A stretch of 64,000 nucleotides of DNA from Camelus ferus (Eukaryota). The position numbers and the translations under genes are program-made. The notes beneath the pieces are model-generated. The model had not been told where the DNA came from. It saw nothing but the letters and a program-made list of their open reading frames with translations, and made no database searches. The DNA lies in the NCBI RefSeq assembly GCF_009834535.1, contig NC_045696.1:108688001-108752000 (forward strand), read 5' to 3'. Of the stretch, positions 60,336 through 64,000 are shown one piece after another (the stretch's first letter is position 1; every line of letters starts with the position of its first letter).

Positions 60336-63300
60336 GGAGAAGAGGATGAGCCCAGCACACCTGCAGCTACACAGACTCATCCTTTCGTCACTTGAAAGTA
60401 GTGATTCCCCATCCAGGCAAGGAAGTTCGTGCAGATGTGTGTGCTCAGGTTCTGCAGACAAGGACTGTCCTGCTCCAAAGAGAGATGGGGACAGGAAACA
60501 AAGGGGTTAAGTCAGAGCATAGCCCTGCCTGAGCCAGGGTTCAGCCCTGGGAGCCCCTGCTGGTCCTCATGCTGATTACAGAGCCACAACCAGGCCACCA
60601 GCCCATAGTCCTGCCCCCTTCTCTGGAAGCACAAAGCCTTAGACCTTGTCCTTCCCAGGGAGCTTGGGGTCACCCCCCTGAGACACTGTGTACCCCCTCG
60701 ATGGCTCAACATGGCAGAGCATCTGGAGAGACAGTACTGCTTCCAGAGAGGTTGAAAAGAAAATGGGGCAGTCAACGTGGAGCCCTGAGCTGTACGGTAC
60801 AGAAATGTATAACCACAGAGCGCGGCTCCACAGAGCACCCAGACCCAAGAAAAAAGAAGGGGCAACATAGACACAGGCAGAGGGCTCATGGGAGAACAGC
60901 CAAGAGGGGGCTGATATTCCTGAAAACACATGCTGTGCGTCCAAGGATGGTTAATGTCAACAAAAACCAGTCTCAGAAGCAGAGACAGGCAGTGGTATCA
61001 GAGCCTGGGTCTGATCCCCGCTCCGACATCACCCATCAGGGCTCTCTACACTGGTGTCCAGAGATGCCCTCTGGCTGCCCTCTCTCCATGGATCAATGAG
61101 GCGGTCAGAATGGACATTTCTTTGGTATCCCACCCACTTCCGCACCAGCTTGGGCAGTTTCAGTTCTTCATGGGCCATTGATGGGGCAGTAGTGGTGGCC
61201 CCCGGGCCGTAGCTAGACTGATCACCCCGCGATGTCTCCACTGCCCACACCACCTCAGTAATGACCTATGGTGCCTTCACCGTCATCTCTGATAACACAC
61301 ATTTATTAAGTCGTGGACCTCCACCCCGGACAGCTCTCGTGCCCAGAACATTCTCAGTAACTCTAGCACTCATCTGGGAGAATCCTGACAGTGGAATTTG
61401 AGTGCTTCTACCCCAGTCCATCCTTCAAAGACACAAGGAGCAGCTCAGGGCACAAGGGGGTTTGGAACTGAGCTGCCCCTCCCCTCTGCTCCCCTTGCCG
61501 TCCCCTGCCGCCTCCAGAGTCCAGAACCGCACGTCCGTGACCGGCGTGCTGGAGTCGGTGAGGCAGAGGGCATCCTTCCAGCCCTGTTTGCTGTTGCTCA
61601 TGCTGGTGTCACAGCCCATTACATCCAGACAATTACATCGGATTCCTCTCTGGAGGGCGCTGGGCAGGGCCACTGTGGGAAGCAGAGGAGGCCCGAGAGG
61701 TTTCTAAATGAAGTAGCCTGTTGGGAAATCCTATTATAAAGCTCATCTTACAGGGTTGCGGTGTTAATGACCCTGGCCTCCCCCAGCCGGAAGCAGAGCC
61801 GGTCTCCCTGGGGCTGGAGCGGAGGCTGGCTGTCTAGGCTGTGGCCTTCCTCTCACTCACCAGCCATCAGCTGATGGGGCAGAGAGAGCACAGCGGAAAG
61901 GGTTCATCAGTGCCCAGAACGCGGCTGCCAGCACAGTGAGACACAAACACACACACACGCACGCGCGCGCTCCCGCAGGTCCCCCTTTCAACACTCAGGG
62001 TGAGAAGGCAGAGCTGGGACCCAGCCACCCTAAGGGAGGTGGAAATAGGCCCCAGAAACTTCTTTTTCCTAGAAGAGCTAAATTAGACACATTTTCCTCC
62101 ACTTTCAAATCCTGCAGGTTTTTTTGTCTTGGCTCCCTCAGGCTTACAAACTGGCTCATCGCGGCAGCTCAAGCTGACAAAGGCTCGAAACTGTTGAAAG
62201 GTTCAAAATGTCCCTGGGGTTTCCAGGCATGAAGGAATTTACATGGAGGTGGAAAATTACCAAGAAAAACAGTTCTTATGCGGAGGGAGAGAGCAGGGAG
62301 TGAAGAGACCTGAGGGAGAGGCCAGGAAGTGTGGCCGGGGAACAGGCAGGGCCTGTGAGGTTGCAGGACCCAAGGCAGGGCTTTGTGGGATACTAGGGAG
62401 CTGGAGAGACACAAAGCAGGGGCCGGAAGAACCAAGAATGTCTCTGTTCTTCTTTAGGAGCTGCCAAGGCCCTGCCGACATCTAGAGATGGAATGATCTC
62501 AGCTGCCCCGAGAGCCCCCCGGGGAAGCCACACGGATTCCCAGTTACAGGACATGCAGGCTCAGCCCCAATCCCCGGCTGGCTGGCCCTGAACAGGGCAT
62601 GGGAATCCTGCTGGTTTGACCATGCCCTTGGGGACAGCAGCGGCACCCCTGCTGTTCTGAGGACAGTTCTGAGTGACCCAGCCCCAAGGAAAGGCTGCTC
62701 TTTTCTGTAACCTAGAGGCAGTCTGCCCTCAGCCTTCAGCACTCTATCCTCTGCCCGGAGCCTTTCTGGGGCTTCCCAGCAGCTGGTGCCACGTCTATAC
62801 TCTCTGGCCTCATCAGGGCCCTGGACCACCTTCCTGCAGCCCCAGCCCCTACACAAGGTCCAGTGATGCTCTGAGCATCCCCTCCCTGCTGGCCTGAGGC
62901 CTCAAGCTCAGGCCATCCACTGCAGCCTGCTCCCAAGGCCCCCTCTCCCAGCCTCTTCTATGTCCCCTCAGGCCCATCCTTTCTATAAATCCCACAAGTC
63001 CTAAGACTCCTTCAGTGACCTCACCCAGGACCCCTACTTCTAGACTCTGGATGCATACATGGTCCCAGTCTGGAACTTACAGCCAGATTCTCGGCCTCAG
63101 CCCCAAACAGACCTGACCAATGCGATCTCAAAAGGGAGCACCTGGGGATGTCATTCTTTAAAACTTCTCCTGGGGGTTCCCATGCCCACTATGGGATCAA
63201 GAATCACTGTTTCAGAAAAAGCATCCTTCTCTCTCAGACCTGGGGACTCACCTCTCCCCACTTAGACCTTCAGCTCGCAAAGACTACCTGCCTAGACCCC

Positions 63301-64000
63301 CTGCCCTGAGGCAAGCGCATGGGCCACATTTTTCCAACGTGTGTTGACTGACCCATTGACCTGTCGTGGGACAGTGGACCATGCCCGTATGCTGATCTCA
63401 CTGCTCGACCGCCACGGCGCTGGGGCTGGCCTGCAGGGAGGTGGTGGCTGGGTGCCCAGGACTCCTGTTGAGCAGTGTCTGTGGATGGGGGCACGGCACG
63501 CCACTTTCATTCCACAGTCTTGTTGCCTGAATAACCAGAGTCAGGTGGTATGTTTAAAGGCTACACAGCTTACAGAGCGTCCTCATATCCATCCCCTCCC
63601 TGGATTGCCACATACCGTGGGAAATAGGCAGAGAGGATAAGACTGTCATTGGAAAAAGACTGATCTAAAAATCACCCAGAAGTTCACAGCACAGCTCCAG
63701 TCTCTAGGTTTGGCCTCTTCCACCTGGACACGACCTTCCGCCTTTCCATCACCCTGCATCTACAATAAAGGCCTAGGCACCTTTAAGGATCAGGGTGTGC
63801 CCTCTGAGGGGTGAGCCAGGGCCAGCCTGGCAGGAGCAAGGGACAATGGCAGGGAAGGGTATGTACTGCATCATCATTTCCTGATCCCTGACTGGGGCTG
63901 GACAGGCAGGATAATGAGGCAGCTCCTTCTGGAAGCTCCAGGGACTGTGTCTGCGGGGGAAAGCCAGGCCCTTATGGAACTCAGGGGTGGACACAGATCC

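Noticed and set aside
1..64000. The ORFs in the supplied six-frame track (60-176 aa)
   Set aside because: None resembles a protein family I recognise. Many start at non-ATG codons, overlap on both strands, or lie in repeats or low-complexity DNA, as expected for chance ORFs.
1..64000. CRISPR array, prokaryotic operon/defence system, numt, ERV internal region or processed pseudogene
   Set aside because: I saw no regularly spaced repeats, no gene-dense ORFs, no mitochondrial-like or gag/pol/env sequence, and no mRNA-like insert with poly-A and TSD.
1..64000. Naming the host gene or locus
   Set aside because: There is no recognisable exon, so any gene name would be a guess. BLAST of the unique blocks is needed.

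Overview
Non-coding mammalian nuclear DNA, most likely from a camelid (alpaca/llama/camel). The inference rests on three tRNA-Ala-derived Vic-1-like SINEs and a young camelid-type L1 3' end, with no Alu, BovB/Bov-tA, PRE-1 or SINEC elements seen. I recognise no protein-coding gene, structural RNA gene, processed pseudogene or CRISPR-like array. The ORF track consists of chance ORFs and ORFs inside repeats. The window is a mosaic of interspersed repeats (HAL1/L1M, young L1, L2, L3/CR1, MIR, MLT1 and MER41-like LTRs, MER2/MER5A/MER20 DNA transposons, microsatellites) separated by unique GC-moderate DNA. The unique DNA holds several repeat-free, motif-rich blocks that look like enhancers (about 12.0-12.5, 38.0-38.65, 49.2-49.4, 56.4-57.2, 57.95-58.1 and 61.5-62.2 kb). 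The most informative observations are a strong + strand bias of L1 fragments, which suggests an intron of a - strand transcript, and two - strand candidate exons that splice in frame. Others are a twin-priming inverted L1MD with a TSD, a SINE with a probable 3' transduction, a four-element nested TE stack ending in a MER41-like LTR, and a CpG-rich + strand microexon candidate. I found no evidence for a novel biological system. Repeat subfamily names come from recalled consensus sequences, and boundaries of old elements are approximate.
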